Assembly: GCF_006345805.1 (NCBI RefSeq)
Contig: NC_043007.1
Coordinates: 46,004,001-46,068,000 of the forward strand
DNA length: 64,000 nt
Direction of reading: 5' to 3'
DNA from: Octopus sinensis
Taxonomy: Eukaryota
This document shows, piece by piece, positions 1 to 13,398 of this stretch. How positions within the stretch are numbered: position 1 is the stretch's first letter; each line of letters starts with the position of its first letter. The notes beneath the pieces are model-generated. The model did not search any database. It was not told the origin of the DNA and saw nothing but the letters and a program-made list of their open reading frames with translations. A program made the position numbers and the translations under genes.

Positions 1-59
1 TGAGTGGGATCAAACAGAGCATCTGTTTCATTGCACTCTTTCAGTGTCATTCTTAAGAT

Positions 60-430
60 TAATTTGCCTTCTGGCCATCTGGTGGTGGGGCTTCAAGTCA
101 TCCATTAGAAGTACATTAGCGCATTCATATAGTTTTGTTAGTATTTCTTTTAAAGTTGAAAGGCTTTCCTCAAATTTACCTTAAAGATTTGAAGCATCGT
201 GTGAACGATATAATGTGCATATTACCAAATTAAGTTGTTTTAAACATATTGTGAGTGTGTCAGAGACCAAGTCTGAATAAGACAACAGGTTTAGTCGTTT
301 GGCAACTTCACAGATGTACAGTGCAATTCCAACGTGACTTGTTTCACTTCTCTGAGTGTGAAATACAGCACACATTGGGACGTATATCTCTGCATCGTTT
401 ATGTCTGCGGATGTTTTTGTAAGTGCAATG
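60..430 (-). mobile_element. CR1/L2-type LINE remnant, apurinic-like endonuclease domain
   Basis: Minus frame reads DINDAEIYVP..RSETSHVGIALYI..LNLVICTLYRS..*GKFEESLSTLKEILTKLYECANVLLMDD, then after a frameshift PTTRWPEGK. This matches the GGVALYI / ICTLYRPP / LMGDFN pattern of LINE APE domains, with stops and a frameshift. Confidence 0.75.
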
Positions 431-1259
431 TACATGTGGAAAGGTTCCTGAGGTACGCAATTTTGTGTCTGCTGTTGTTCTCTAGAAGCCATCTTGGTCG
501 GCTTGGTAGCAACGGTGGTCATCCTGGGTCTATAAATTGTGGCAGTCATATATAATTAATAAAATTTAAATTTTCTTAAAGAATGTATCTTGTAATTAAT
601 TACTATTTTGAAAACAAATTAGCACGCCTTTCACAATTGTGGGAAATAGAACTAGTTGTAGCGTTGAGCTTGCATAGTACATAGAATTTTATCAATGTCG
701 AATTACTTAATTATGAAAGTTATCTTTCAAATATTGTTTGTAAGACTGCTATTATGAAAACTGATTTTCAATATTGAATTCCTGTTATCATATTTTTATT
801 GATATACTTTCTTTTCTTTTTCTTTGCTTTATAGAGGAAACTGTTATAAAGTTATTTCATATCTCTGTTTTATATTTATTCCAATTCACTATTTGTCGCT
901 AGCATAATTCAACAGTTTTTAAACAAACAACTTTGAGATATAACACCGTAAAGTAAAGAAGACTACCATTATTATCAAGAAAATATAGCTTCAAGAAATA
1001 TTTATTAACATGTTCTAGTAATTGAAATGCATTATATTTTTCCATGCAACTCTCAAGGGTGCATAATGATCGTATCAAATATATTACATCTTTCAATACG
1101 ATACATTTTTTTATTAAACTCCATCTACTGAAAGAAATTACTATACCAGTGAATATAGCCGCAAAAACACACACACACATGACATACATGAACATATATG
1201 CGTATGTGAGTGTATATATATAAATATGTCATTTAGACGAGAGTTCATTCCCCATATCC

Positions 1260-1308
<49 letters not shown>

Positions 1309-1335
1309 TATATACGAACATACATATATATATTT

Positions 1336-1520
1336 ACAGGGTACGGTGAATAAACTCTCGTCTAAATTGCGCAAAAATGAAAATAACTCTGACATCTCAT
1401 TGTAACAGATATATTTAAACTGCATAAATATATCATGAAATACTAGAGGAAATTTATGCAATAAAATCGCTAAAACGACGGCCTCCATGCAACTTCGGAA
1501 TCTCCCTGCAACTCTCTGGA
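1336..1520 (-). mobile_element. Tc1/mariner-superfamily (maT/DD37D-like) transposon 3' end with TIR
   Basis: Minus frame EAIQRVAGRFRSCMEAVVLA resembles a transposase C-terminus (RFRSRLEAVV). It is followed by the terminus TA|CAGGGTACGGTG at 1336. Confidence 0.55.
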
Positions 1521-1728
1521 TGGCCTCCTTGTTTCAGATGGTGAATGGTGTCATAATCTCTGAAACGTAAATTTTAGGAAAATAAAAATAAGAAATAAGT
1601 GGAAATTTTACCGGCGAGTGTGTTACATTATAAGGCACAAAAAGAAACTGACTCTCCCCAGACACAACCACAACAGAAGATGCTACACGAACTCATATAA
1701 AGAATCTTGTAAACCAAATCCAAAAATG

Positions 1729-1762
<34 letters not shown>

Positions 1763-2451
1763 TACCCTGAATATCAGAATATACTAATCAATCAAAACCC
1801 ATAGTGTTTGACACATGCGAATGGTACTACAGGCTTAGATCTATCCATGGTACTGAAATTGTTAAACGCAGATGAGTTCCTGTGCTACGTATTTGTTTAT
1901 TCAAAGATATGGGCTGGTGTGCTGCCGTGCTGTGCAGTACACAAGGCATTGCAAAGGTTTTATTGTTTATGACACTTGTTAAATTTCTTCGAATTTTAAA
2001 ATGTTCTCTAGCGTAGTTTTAAGAAAATTTTGTTTTTGTGCAATTTTGATATCTGTGGAAAAAAATTCGAAGTATTTATCTACAATTAGTAAATAAAGAA
2101 CGTACTAGTTACAAGCAGTTAAACTTATGTAATTTAAACCAAACGAAGATGTCCACTATATCGTACGTCCTAACTGTCTGTTTTCATTGAAACAAGCAAA
2201 TACATCGAAGACAAAATATCTTCGTGGTTTGTCAACCTGCAATAAATAGCATCGAAACCTTCTATAAACTCTACCATAACATCTTAAAACTTTATATAAC
2301 GTGGTTGAGGCTACTGTTTTTTTTTATACATTTGTCGGGCACGAATGTATGGCTGTAAATTCCTAACGACACAAAATATGGTTACTATACGTTATCATAC
2401 GCTGACTACGAGTTTATTATTACTATATACACTGTGTTTATGGTTACATAT

Positions 2452-2669
2452 AGTCTTTTCAACTATAGGCACAAGGCCTGACGTTTTTGGGGGGAGGGTG
2501 TAAATCTATTACATCAACATCATTAATCCATTGGTACTTATTTTACGTACCACGAAAGCACGAAGGGTTATGCTGACCTCGACGGAATTTGAGCTCAGAA
2601 TCTAGAGTCGGACGAATTACTGCTGAGTAGTTTGTCTGGCTTGCAAAGGATTCTGTCAGCTCCCCGCCC
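2452..2669 (-). mobile_element. tRNA-derived SINE, family A
   Basis: Aligns by eye to copies at 13399-14222 and 31118-31291 (GGAATTTGAGCTCAGAA, TTGGTACTTATTTT, ACTATAGGCACAAGGC tail). Confidence 0.8.
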
Positions 2670-3639
2670 TGATTGCGATTATATGTAATATTTTCTGATT
2701 TTTAGACGCCATAATGTAGTTGAAAGGAGATTTGAGTGCTATTTCTAGCAGATCTACGAATACGTAAACCTTTCGTTTTGTGTTCCACGCCAACAGGCAG
2801 TCCCAACCTACGGTATGTTGGCAACGTACATCTTCTTCATTGGCCAAAGTTACACATTTTAACAGCTGGTAAGTTCTTTAATTCTTTCACCAAATCGATG
2901 GGATTTAGTTTATCAGCATGCAACAACCACAACAGAACTAAATGTTTTGAAAATAATCTCGGTAAAATTTGAAAAATTGGAAGAAATTGAAAGTATCTTT
3001 TTGTAAGTTCCAAGTGAAACAATTTCACTTGACTGATGTCGCTACTACCTTACATATCATCTCATTGGAGACAGAATAGATCATCAACATAAACAAGAAA
3101 ACAAAACAAAACAACCTCAGTTGTTTAGCGTTTACAGCTTGTCTGCAAATATTCAAAGTCAGTGATAAATATAATTAGTTTCATAATAAAGCAAAGTCAC
3201 TATAGGCATCTTATATAGTCTGTATATAATTGTTACAGGTTTTCTTCTAAAGTTTAATTGTGTACAATAGAGTAGGGATCAGAATTTGGAGCAGTCATTC
3301 GGCAATGGAGCAAAATATATCGAGGTAATGAGATTCAGGACTTTTCTCGTTTCAAATGCTATAAACTTCATCTTTAACTTTACCCGACGCAGCGGGTACA
3401 ATAGTGATAATATTAAGTACCTGTTATATACAGGGATCTATAAAATACTCTACACCTCTTCCCCGGTATGGTGGTTTATGTCAACGGAAGTAATCAATAG
3501 CATAGACAATTCAAAGATATCACTTTGTAACGATATTATTTTTTTTTATTATTTCATTTATTTTATTAATTTATTTTATTATTTTATTATTTTTTTGTTG
3601 TCTTCGGTCACTATGTTTTATTTCCTGTTTGCTTCTATC

Positions 3640-3920
3640 CAGCACTCAAAGGAAAGAACTATTATTCTCTTCAAGCTTCGCTTTTCTGACCAAGACATCA
3701 ATGTTTTCAAACTGACCCTATTTTCCATTCAACTCTGAGATGTAGAAATATCGCTAAAGCAAATACTTTGCTTAATACTACATATTTGATTGTCAGTTGC
3801 TTGATCTTTACCAATTGAGCATGTCACTTAATGACTGACAATATGCGCATCTCTGACCATGAGCAGGAGTAGTTGGGGAGCATCATAGCCATGGGTTGAA
3901 AGGGATTCTTTGTAGTTTGA
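3640..3920 (+). mobile_element. Probable interspersed repeat (SINE/LINE tail) fragment
   Basis: GTCAGTTGCTTGATCTTTACCAATTGAGCATGTC...GGGGAGCATCATAGCCATG resembles a cephalopod repeat I recognise. There is no second copy in the window to confirm it. Confidence 0.35.
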
Positions 3921-5156
3921 ATATATGTGGCAAAAGCAAAGTTAAATGTATTAATGAATAAATGTAACAAAAGGACATATTAACCGTTTTCCTACTCATT
4001 GGAGGTAAGCAACTTGGAAATTGCAGTTGCTACCCAAAGACGAAAATTGTGTTATACACAATAATTAAACAAATCTATGATATTTATTTGTTGACGCAAT
4101 GATTCTGTCTATTGATTCTGTTTATTTTTAGAATATTTTTGTATTTCACACTATTTAAGTTATAGTATTAATATTTAATGTACCCATAAAAGGAGCCTTA
4201 TAAAAACAATTGACTTCATTCATAAATCACGCTAGACATTTGGTTTTGATAGCTTTATGTAGTATAGGATAAATACTTGTAGTAAATATCTACAATAAAA
4301 AATACAATATAATACTTCAGTTGTCTCAATTTATAAATAACTCAAATGGAAATTGCAAACATATAACACTTTTATTTATTTTTCTACGACGAGAAAAATA
4401 ATGAATAACCTGAATTATGTTCCATTTCTAAGTGGGAATCATTATCAGAGACCCTGTATATCTATATCTAGTCGTATAAAATTGCGTACCAAATGGTTTT
4501 ATAAGCCCACCGTGTAACAATATAAAGGATATATTTCTACTAAAAGACGCAACCATATAAAGTGCAATTAGCATTAAAAACTAATTAGAAATATTTTGAA
4601 GAAAAAAAACAATATCAGCCAATGATTAGTAGTGTTTTCAGTATTTCAGCAAAATACGGAGTAGAATAACGTACACAGTTCATAATCACTAGAATTCTTC
4701 CACCTATGATATCCGTCAGTATATCGAAGTAATCATTGAAGAATTGCTATATATTGGATTAGCAGTTGAAAAGAGCATAGGACCATCTGCGATTAGATAT
4801 TTCTGATAAGCTTTATCTAATGCTCTCTGCATTAAATACGGCTTCAGTATAATGCTTTCGTGCAGATGAGGCCATTGACAAATTTCTCTGTAATTTATTC
4901 TTAAAATATGTTTTCACACCTATGTGTCTTTAATATTGAACATCGACGTTTCTCTTAATTACTTCAGCTATATGTGTATAACCCGTTTTACGAGGTTGGC
5001 TAATATGACTGAAAAGATTAAAGAGTTGTGTCCCTTACAGGAATCATAATGAAATATGTTTAAGATATCTGCTTTGCAAAACATGTTTTGAGTTGAATGC
5101 CAGTGCGAAGCATATCGAGTCAGTATCTTCTCTTAAGTCATGAACTGAGCAAAATT

Positions 5157-6960
5157 CTCTGCTGATGCTAAAATCTTACACCCAGAGGTTACATAGTCCA
5201 CTGTTTCAATCTCATTGTTGCAGTATCGGTACTTTGGTTCTACACCATTTTTTATCACATTGGCTTGGTTGTCCCTAGTAAATAAGCTTTGATCTTGAGC
5301 AGCTAATATAAAACCTTTGCTCTCTGCTTTAAGCCCTGAGCTCCGTACCCACTGGTGAATGTACTTATGTTCTACATCAGCTTGTTTGCTACGGGCTACA
5401 TATTTTCCATGCAGAGGTTTTTCGTCCCACCTATCAACAAATTGTTCAAACGCTTTATGCTTTGCCATTGATTTCATCTTCTTTAATACCATAAGTCTCG
5501 CTTTCATCATGCTGTTCAACCTTGTAATTTTTTTGCTCTCCTTCATAACAGAATGTAACTTCTTCCGTCTCTCGTGCTTTTCAATGAGTTTTAGCAGCCA
5601 GTCGTGAGATCTTTCACGATATTTTGCCAGTCCAATTGTAGTGATTTTTAAGAGATTTCAAATTGGATCAAACCTCAATCTCCTTGAGCTCTGGGAAGGT
5701 AAAAATGATATGTGTATGCTTTGGGTGATGCATCTTATTGCAACTCGGTAGCTTATGGATTTTCCTGTGAATCTTCTACGTTTCGCTCATATTCCAGTGC
5801 AACACATTGAAACAGTAAATAACAACCAGAACTGCTAAGGAATTTATAGCTAGCACCATATTACGTGCATTTAACTCGGATTTTAGCACTGCTCGATCTC
5901 TCCTGTAACATTCCATCCTTATCTTCTATTTCATGCTTACATGCCAGATGCCAGAGCCCTCGTTATTTCCGAGGTATTTGTAAGTTTTTTCTTACTCAAG
6001 TTCTTTTATAACCGTGTTAACATCTTATACCACTGACTGTGAGGTCTTCAATTTCCCTTTCTGGAACGTGGCCTCGGTGCATTTATCAAGACCAAATTGC
6101 ATCCCGGTGTCATCACTGAATGCTTTCACAGTACGTAGTAACCCTTCAAGCTCATTATCTTCTTTGCCATAGAGTTTTAAGTCACCAATATAAAATAGAT
6201 AACTTATTCTCTTGCCGCCAATTTTATAACCACATTCTTCCTGTTAAGTTCATTTGTAAGGGGTATTAGACCTGTGAAAATAAAAACTAGAGAAGAAAGC
6301 GTGTCACCTTTGAAAATGCTACACTTCATATTAATATCGTTTGCGGTCAGTACTCCATTAGAGTGGTTTAATTGGAGTTTCGTATTCCACACTGGCATGC
6401 GCTTCGGTAAGTTTGAAATCACAGGAGAAATTGTGAAGATATCCAGCGATTTCAAGATCCATTAGTACGGTATGCTGTCAAATGCCTTTATAATCAATCC
6501 ATGCGGACCCGATATTTCTGTGTGGCATCCTTAAGTCTGCTATTGTGATATCTTCCCATACACGTTCTGGTTAATTTTTGTATGATCCTTCTGTGCCTCT
6601 TATCCAGTATGCATTTTCATCGTGTGTCTTTTCATTGCTCGAAATATGTTTCCAAAAGTTTTCATCTTCCTCCATGGGAGGCTGTCCAAATGTTCCTTTC
6701 TTCTTCCCTATTTCTCTGTAGAATGTTTTCACATTGGATGTTAACAATATATTTTGCTTGTAAATCTTGTTTTTATTCTCAAATATTCGTATATCTCTTA
6801 ACTTTCAGTTGGAAATTTTGTTGCAGTGCGTCTTTTGTTGAAAGCAGCACTTCCCTTGATGAGAATCAATATTTTCTCTTCACCTTCCTTACTTTTCTGG
6901 ATTATAGGTAGTTTCCACTGATTAGTTAATTTAATATTGATATTTCATCTCTCATTATTT
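5157..6960 (-). mobile_element. R4/Dong-like RLE non-LTR retrotransposon, degenerate, internally deleted RT plus zinc knuckle
   Basis: Minus frames give YREIGKK..PPMEEDENFWK..EDITIADL [deletion] AWIDYK(K)AFDSIP, IFKGDTLSSL, LFYIGDLKLY (decayed YMDD), FGLDKC, YKYLG and WDEKPLHGKY..SGLKAESKGFILAAQDQSL..ETVDYVTSGC. There are many stops and frameshifts, and no RLE domain is retained. Confidence 0.9.
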
Positions 6961-7421
6961 CAAATCAGGAGAGTACGTCAGGTGTGTTAGCACTTCCCAG
7001 CCGTGCGTCTCAATGGTTTAATCGCTCTTTATCGAACTCAACTGGACGGCCAGAACGAGATGCGTCTTTGAGGTCAAAATTTCCATGTTTGAACTTAGCA
7101 TACCAATCACGAGCTGTTCTTTCAGCTATGGCACCCTCTCCATATACAGCACAAATGTTGTGAGCAGCCTTTCGGCATTAGAACCTTGATTAAAAGCAAA
7201 AAGGAGGTCTCAAAAACGCTCGTTTTTCTTAACTTGAAATTCCATTTTAATGATCTGAAAGTAAACGAAAATTAACTAGAAAAAAAGCAACAAAAAACAA
7301 AGTAGATTCTAAAATGATTCAAAAATAGAATTCTCGGAAAAAATAGATTCCAAAATTTAAAAACGCAATAAATTCCAAAATTAAAATAAACAACGGCGGG
7401 AAATTAGTTGCCAACCCATTA
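6961..7421 (-). mobile_element. Mariner (DD34D) element, internally deleted and truncated
   Basis: TIR-like TAATGGGTTGGCAACTAATTTCCCGCC ends at 7421. The N-terminal HTH reads MEFQVKKNERF..FAFNQGS..KAAHNICAVYGEGAIAERTARDWYAKFKHGNFDLKDASRSGRPVEFD and jumps directly to HGWEVLTHLTYSPDL. Confidence 0.9.
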
Positions 7422-8140
7422 CTTTCCTTAATTATGGTGGCGCCGCTTGTATTCTTTTTGTGCAAAGCTCTCACATCCACTTACTAAGTGGGTCACATTT
7501 TCTACTCTTTCCACAGAGTCTGCATTTATGGGAGTCAGAAATTTTATAGATGTTATACTCCACTGAATTGGTAGCAAGAGCCTGGTCTTGTGCGGCAATT
7601 ATCAGGCTTTCGGTGGTACGCTTCAAATCACTTCGCTCAAGAAATGCCCACGATGCTGTATTATCCTTAACGTTTTGTGTATTCCTTTCAAACTGCCCAT
7701 GCATTCTTACTTCAAGCAGGTCTTCTTTTCTCTTCTCCTTAGTTCTTTGGTTAAACTCTCCCTTGCCATCATTTCATCTGCATTAACACCCATATCTTTC
7801 GCGGCATATTGTAGCAGGTCTTCATCACTATTTATCAAATACTCGGGTAGCGTTCTCCCTTTGACTCCTTATAGAATGGTCTATACTAATTAGTCCACTG
7901 CCACCATTCTTTCTTTTTATATACAACCTGTTTAAGTTTGCTTTATGTTATAGCGCCCCATGCAGAGTCGTCAACTTTCCTGTACTTCTATCCAGTTTTG
8001 ATATTTCCTCCTTAGTCCATTTGAGCATGGAGGCACTGTATCTTACCACCGCAACTATCCAGATATTCATTACGGCAATCAAATTTTTGGCATTCAGGAT
8101 GGATTTCAACATCATCTTCACCCTCCTTACTACTGCTGCT
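7422..8140 (-). mobile_element. R4/Dong-like retrotransposon, second subfamily, 5'-truncated
   Basis: RRVKMMLKSILNAKNLIAVMNIWIVAVVRYSA..WTKEEISKLDR and MHGQFER..SDLKRTTESLIIAAQDQAL..KCRLCG..KEYKRRH. The 5' junction lies in a trinucleotide microsatellite and the 3' part is interrupted at the mariner TIR. Confidence 0.88.
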
Positions 8141-8156
8141 GCTGCTGCTGCTGCTG

Positions 8157-8253
<97 letters not shown>

Positions 8254-8348
8254 CATTCAGTAGTTTTATTTTTATAGCGTGCTTTCACTTCACTACCGAG
8301 CGCAACTCCGTGTGCCTTGGGTATGTGCTGTGATTTGTTGTGATGCTC

Positions 8349-8395
<47 letters not shown>
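8138..8395. repeat. Compound trinucleotide microsatellite (TGC/TAC/TAT) split by a 94-bp retroelement 3' UTR
   Basis: Direct reading: (TGC)n(TAC)n(TAT)n at 8138-8253 and (TAT)n at 8350-8395. Confidence 0.95.
8256..8349 (-). mobile_element. 3' UTR-only copy of the R4/Dong-like element
   Basis: The reverse complement AGAGCATCACAACAAATCACAGCACATACCCAAGGCACAC...AGCACGCTATAAAAATAAAACTACTGAA matches the 3' UTR at 32372-32447. Both sides are (AAT)n. Confidence 0.9.
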
Positions 8396-8397
<2 letters not shown>

Positions 8398-9855
8398 AAC
8401 AACCAAAGAAAATTGTTGTTATAAACATTTAAACAGAACCGATGTGGAAACGTGAATGACAGCAAGAAGTAGTTGGCAATAATGTTTGAGGTGAGAAAAT
8501 TAATAGTAGTGACGATGAGAAGAATTGAAATGAACAACGAAATCTTGGTGAAAAATTCTGTAATTCAGTATGTCAAACCTGATTTACAACATTGTAAAAA
8601 CGGAAATACAATAATTTTATGATTAATGAATAATGCAATCAGAAATATTCTTAGCGTTAGTGATCACGTTTCTCTTTTCCGTAGTGTTTAAATGCGAGTC
8701 ACTTTGTCACGAGATTGTAAGTCAATCGTATGTATTTATTTTACTCTGTAAACTACTAAAATATTCATTTTAATCAGCGAATAGATTAGAACATTTAAAA
8801 TACAACTTGCTACTAGTAAAAACAACGATTCGTATCAACATTTTCTTTTGAAAAATTGTATTTAGAAGACAAAGCAAATACAAATGTGAAGAGGAAAACG
8901 TGATAGCCAATACGAAACATACATAGCCTTACGACACATCTTTATGGGGTGTCACTGCAGTCAGTAATTATCAGATTATTATATCACAATCATCGTTGAT
9001 CTAAAATTAGAATTTTCCATTCATAACTATGATATTTGCGAATAATAATTATCGCGGCTTTAAAGATTAGACTTTCAGACTATAAAGATTAGATTTCTTG
9101 AAGGTAATGGAAGATATAGATTTTGTGGCAAATATGTTGCCAACACAACGAATGATTACTTGAGTTACCGTTGAAAGGATGAATAGGTTACAATGATTTC
9201 GACTTGGAAATCACTTTAAAATATCTTGCTCGGCTTAGCAGATTAGAGTTATAGAATCATTTTATGACTAAAGGGAATCGAAATGTGTGACAATCTGCCA
9301 TTTTCTGAAAATGTCAGAGAAAATACAAAAAAGTAGACATCATCTGTTTACTGTATATTTTCTTAGATTCTTGAGAACTCCAATAATTTATAAGGATACA
9401 AGTAAGATTATATTATGTTGTAAAGGTCATCAATGTAAGTGAACCATCTATTAAAGTTCCATATCATCATTTAACTGTAGTTTATTTACATCGCACGGTG
9501 GGTGTCGCCAAAACTAATCTCGTTCAGATACTACTGAAAAGCATGAAACACACCGCACAGCGTATACCGTCTGCATCGTTAAATGGAAATCAATTATCGA
9601 AAATTACACGAAAATTGAATTTATGAAAGAAAAACAATATGGCTAATTATATTTTGTGAAATAATGTTATCTTAAATTGTTAGGGAGTACTCGTTCTTGC
9701 ATGTTCGATATAATTACTCTGGCGACTAAAATATATTCCTTTGTGTTACTGTGCAAAAGCAATAAAAACAACTAACAGGAGACACACACACACATATGTA
9801 CATACATATATAAATATAGATATACGTATGGATATATATATATGTATATATATAT

Positions 9856-9904
<49 letters not shown>

Positions 9905-10181
9905 CATCTTACTCAGTTCCTATATATACATACATATTTATAATTAAGTAAATGTTTGTGTTTACAAACTATAGGAAAAGTAATTAGGAGAGAAAGAAGA
10001 GATTATAGTTTACCTGCAGAACGGAAGCATATAAGTTGGTGTTACCAACTGCATATGTTTAGGTATATATATATACCTATATATATACCTATATATATAT
10101 ATACCTATATATATATATACCTATATATATATATATATATATATACCTATATATATATATATACCTATATATATATATACC

Positions 10182-10212
<31 letters not shown>

Positions 10213-10213
10213 G

Positions 10214-10251
<38 letters not shown>

Positions 10252-12974
10252 TATGTGTGTGTGTGTTTGTGTGTGTGTGTGTTTGTGTGTGTGTTTGTGC
10301 CATGAAATATCTACGTATCAGTAGTGCTTTAAATGCAGGGAGATAGTGCCCGAAATATCCCCAATACAGTGCAATACAGTTGCGATTTGAATCACTTTAA
10401 TACCATGTAAATGCCAATGCGACAGTCCCGTCATATTTCAAAAATTCTTCTTTCGTCAATTTTTGTACCATTCTTCTAACGTTCTCTGCAATATTAAATT
10501 GAATAAGTGAATCCAAACTGTGCTTTTTCATTATCTCTCATTTGATATTTTTTCAATTAATATGATATATGGTGTTAATAATATGCTCTGTTAATATGTG
10601 ACTTGCTAACGTATATATCCAATTATTTTAAATTCTCGGTTCTAGCTATATTGCAAGCTAGGTTTTTATATATTACGAATATATGTTCTATCAAGCAAGC
10701 TACTTTTAAATGCAAGTAGATGAAACAAGGGTTCCCTTTCAAGATTTGATGATCCATTACGAGCTTTATGTTATACTGTGTTACATAAAGCAACTAAAAG
10801 GGGAGTGAAATTTTGGTAATTCGTATGAATTTGGCGCGGATCACAATGTGAAAAAATTGCGTTTGTCTAACTCAAATTTCTTTTCTAAAAATGCCTCCTC
10901 TAAACATCACTCGTTGAGTGTCTATTAATTAGAATGTTTAAGATTTATAGATTTGCATACAATGCTCCAGAATACTTCAGCATAATTCTTAGTGTTTATG
11001 TTAATGCTATTATTATGTCAGTGTTGAGAAGCAGTATTAATCCAAAAATGTATTAAGATGATGAGCAAAGATGCGTCTGTATTCTGTATGTCAATGTCTC
11101 ACCGAGGAAAATTCATGGAGGTTGTGGGCTGGAAATCCGCGAGGGATGGAAGGCAAGCAAATGCGATTCCAGTTCTAATAATATTTAGGTAGTTCAAAAT
11201 ATTTAACCTCTCCGATTCCCTATTGTAAAAAGAACACGGATGCAAATAAAAGTTAGAAAAATAAGAACTAGTCTCTTCTGTTTGAGAATCATGTGCGCAT
11301 GAGTGCATTGTTCGGAAATGAGCTTCCTTAAAATTCAGGCCACTACTCATGATGACATTCTCATTCGCAAAACTTTTACAGTATGCAGAACTAGTTATCG
11401 TTCAAATTCTACTGCTGTTATGATAAAGTGCAGAAAAAGAAGATAGGTTTCTGCCTTCAAAAACTTATTTGTAGGCAGAAATGTCTTGTTAAATTTTGAC
11501 TTCCTTGTTTAGCCCTAAATCAGCCGAGATTATGCAGCACACAATTCAATTACATTCAGCCGTAGCCATCCATTTTAAAGACACAGCATATCGAAATACA
11601 TCTACTGGATATTCTTCAATTTTCTAAAATAGTGAATTGCGATTTCCAGAAGATTGGACTGCTGATTCTTGCACTTCAAGTGACCGCTTAGATATTCCTT
11701 CTTCGCAGCATTTTTCTACTACATTCCTGACATTTCAACTTTGCTGTTTCTTAATAATTTTCAATGCAATGGAGTAGTGAGGTCCGGAATAATAACATTT
11801 TGCTTGCTATAGAATAGCGTTCCTATATTGTGTATTTTTTATATGATCGTTTGAACCTATCATATATAGTGTGGCGAAAAAGGAAGGAGAAGGAAATAAT
11901 TCTATCTCAAAGTGTCTAGGATGCACTATCAAAATTATTCTAGGATGTATTACCTGACGGAATAATGGAATTTCGAATCAATCAAACGTGCTATTCTTTA
12001 TATGGTCTGTCACACTGTTACATATAGAAAACAAATCTTAGCAAACATTCACACTAAACAAGGCAATGATATATTAAGTAATTTTGTGCTACACATTGGT
12101 AAAAGACGAGATTGTCATAACCGAAATATTGTGCAGTAACTTGCTGTAATGATAATGGTAGGCATGGTTCTAACACACACGAACGAAAACAATAACAAAT
12201 GAACTTTTCAGGTTGCAGAAAACAATATGCTTTCTGCACGCTTCTCTCTGTACCGCACTTCGGTTTTCTGGCTGTGTTCTTTACTTTTTATTTCATGCTT
12301 CTATATTGATTTCTTTCTGCCATTTATTTCAGGACAATGTTTGAAAATTGTCATATTTTCAAATATCTCAGTCTGAAATCATGGCATTTATCACAGGAAA
12401 TCTAAGAGAGTTTGGGTTTGTCACTCAGTATAGTTGCCAAAGGATATGGGCGCTCTGGATATCTGAACAAAGGATCATGTACTTCTGATTATTTAAGTGA
12501 AGGTTTCTTATAGACTTAACTGTAAATAAGTCGTACAAATGACGTCTTATGTGTTTTTCTTCCTACCTAAATGCCCCCTTGGTTATATTCCGGTCATAAG
12601 TTTTCACTTATTTGTTTATCAACTATGATATTCCATAAGTCGAGTCTTCTCACAATCACATACAAACTAAATGTATAGATTTACGCTATTATAATACTGT
12701 TAGGTAGGATATAGGCTGTAAGGTTTCAGTAACTGTACCCTCCTCTCCATTAGTGTATCCATTTCTCTCTGTACATCAACAAAAAATAATTCAGTTTACG
12801 TTCTTGAAGAAACATAATCCTGTGTATTAATGTTGCTTACAGCATTTTGATATTAACGAAGCGTTCTAACTATAACCATCTGATTTTTTTCTTCAGACAA
12901 TAAATAGCGTTTATTAAATATCCAATTTTATCGAAAGTTTAAATTGGCAGGCCTGATCTCATGCGATTTTGTCC

Positions 12975-13034
<60 letters not shown>

Positions 13035-13398
13035 CACTAACATGAAAAACTCTTGATTGTTCTCATTAATAGTGGGTATTCATTTATTTATAAAGTAACG
13101 TATTCTGGTAGTTTAAGTGTTAAACTAACAATCTCTTATTTGTATCAATATCATAATATACAAAGCAGAGAGCATAAAAAGCAAATTAAGACGATTGAAA
13201 TAAATCTTTTTACTCATTAACTAATTATTAAAAACAATAATTTAGTGTCATCATTGAATCGCTAATAAACCGCTTATACTTTGATTTGAAGTTTGGACTG
13301 TTGAACGTATTATACATCTTCTTGTGGTTAATATCTTAAATAATTTCACCACAATCATTGTACAATAATGTACACCTCAACATTACTTTAGTTATTAC

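Noticed and set aside
3286-3738. 150-aa ORF with hydrophobic stretch
   Set aside because: The hydrophobic part is a T-rich low-complexity run and the 3' part overlaps a repeat; no recognisable domain.
8400-8560. Minus frame FFTKISLFISILLIVTTINFLTS resembling a signal peptide or TM helix
   Set aside because: No start codon or convincing splice context; T-rich sequence gives such peptides by chance.
9741-10260. ORFs of IY/YI repeats, here and at many (TA)n, (CA)n, (AAT)n tracts across the window
   Set aside because: Microsatellite read-through, not coding.
11441-11486. Hairpin AGATA-GG-TTTCTGCCT..AGGCAGAAA-TGTCT
   Set aside because: About 45 nt is too short for a pre-miRNA and it does not extend; no other support.
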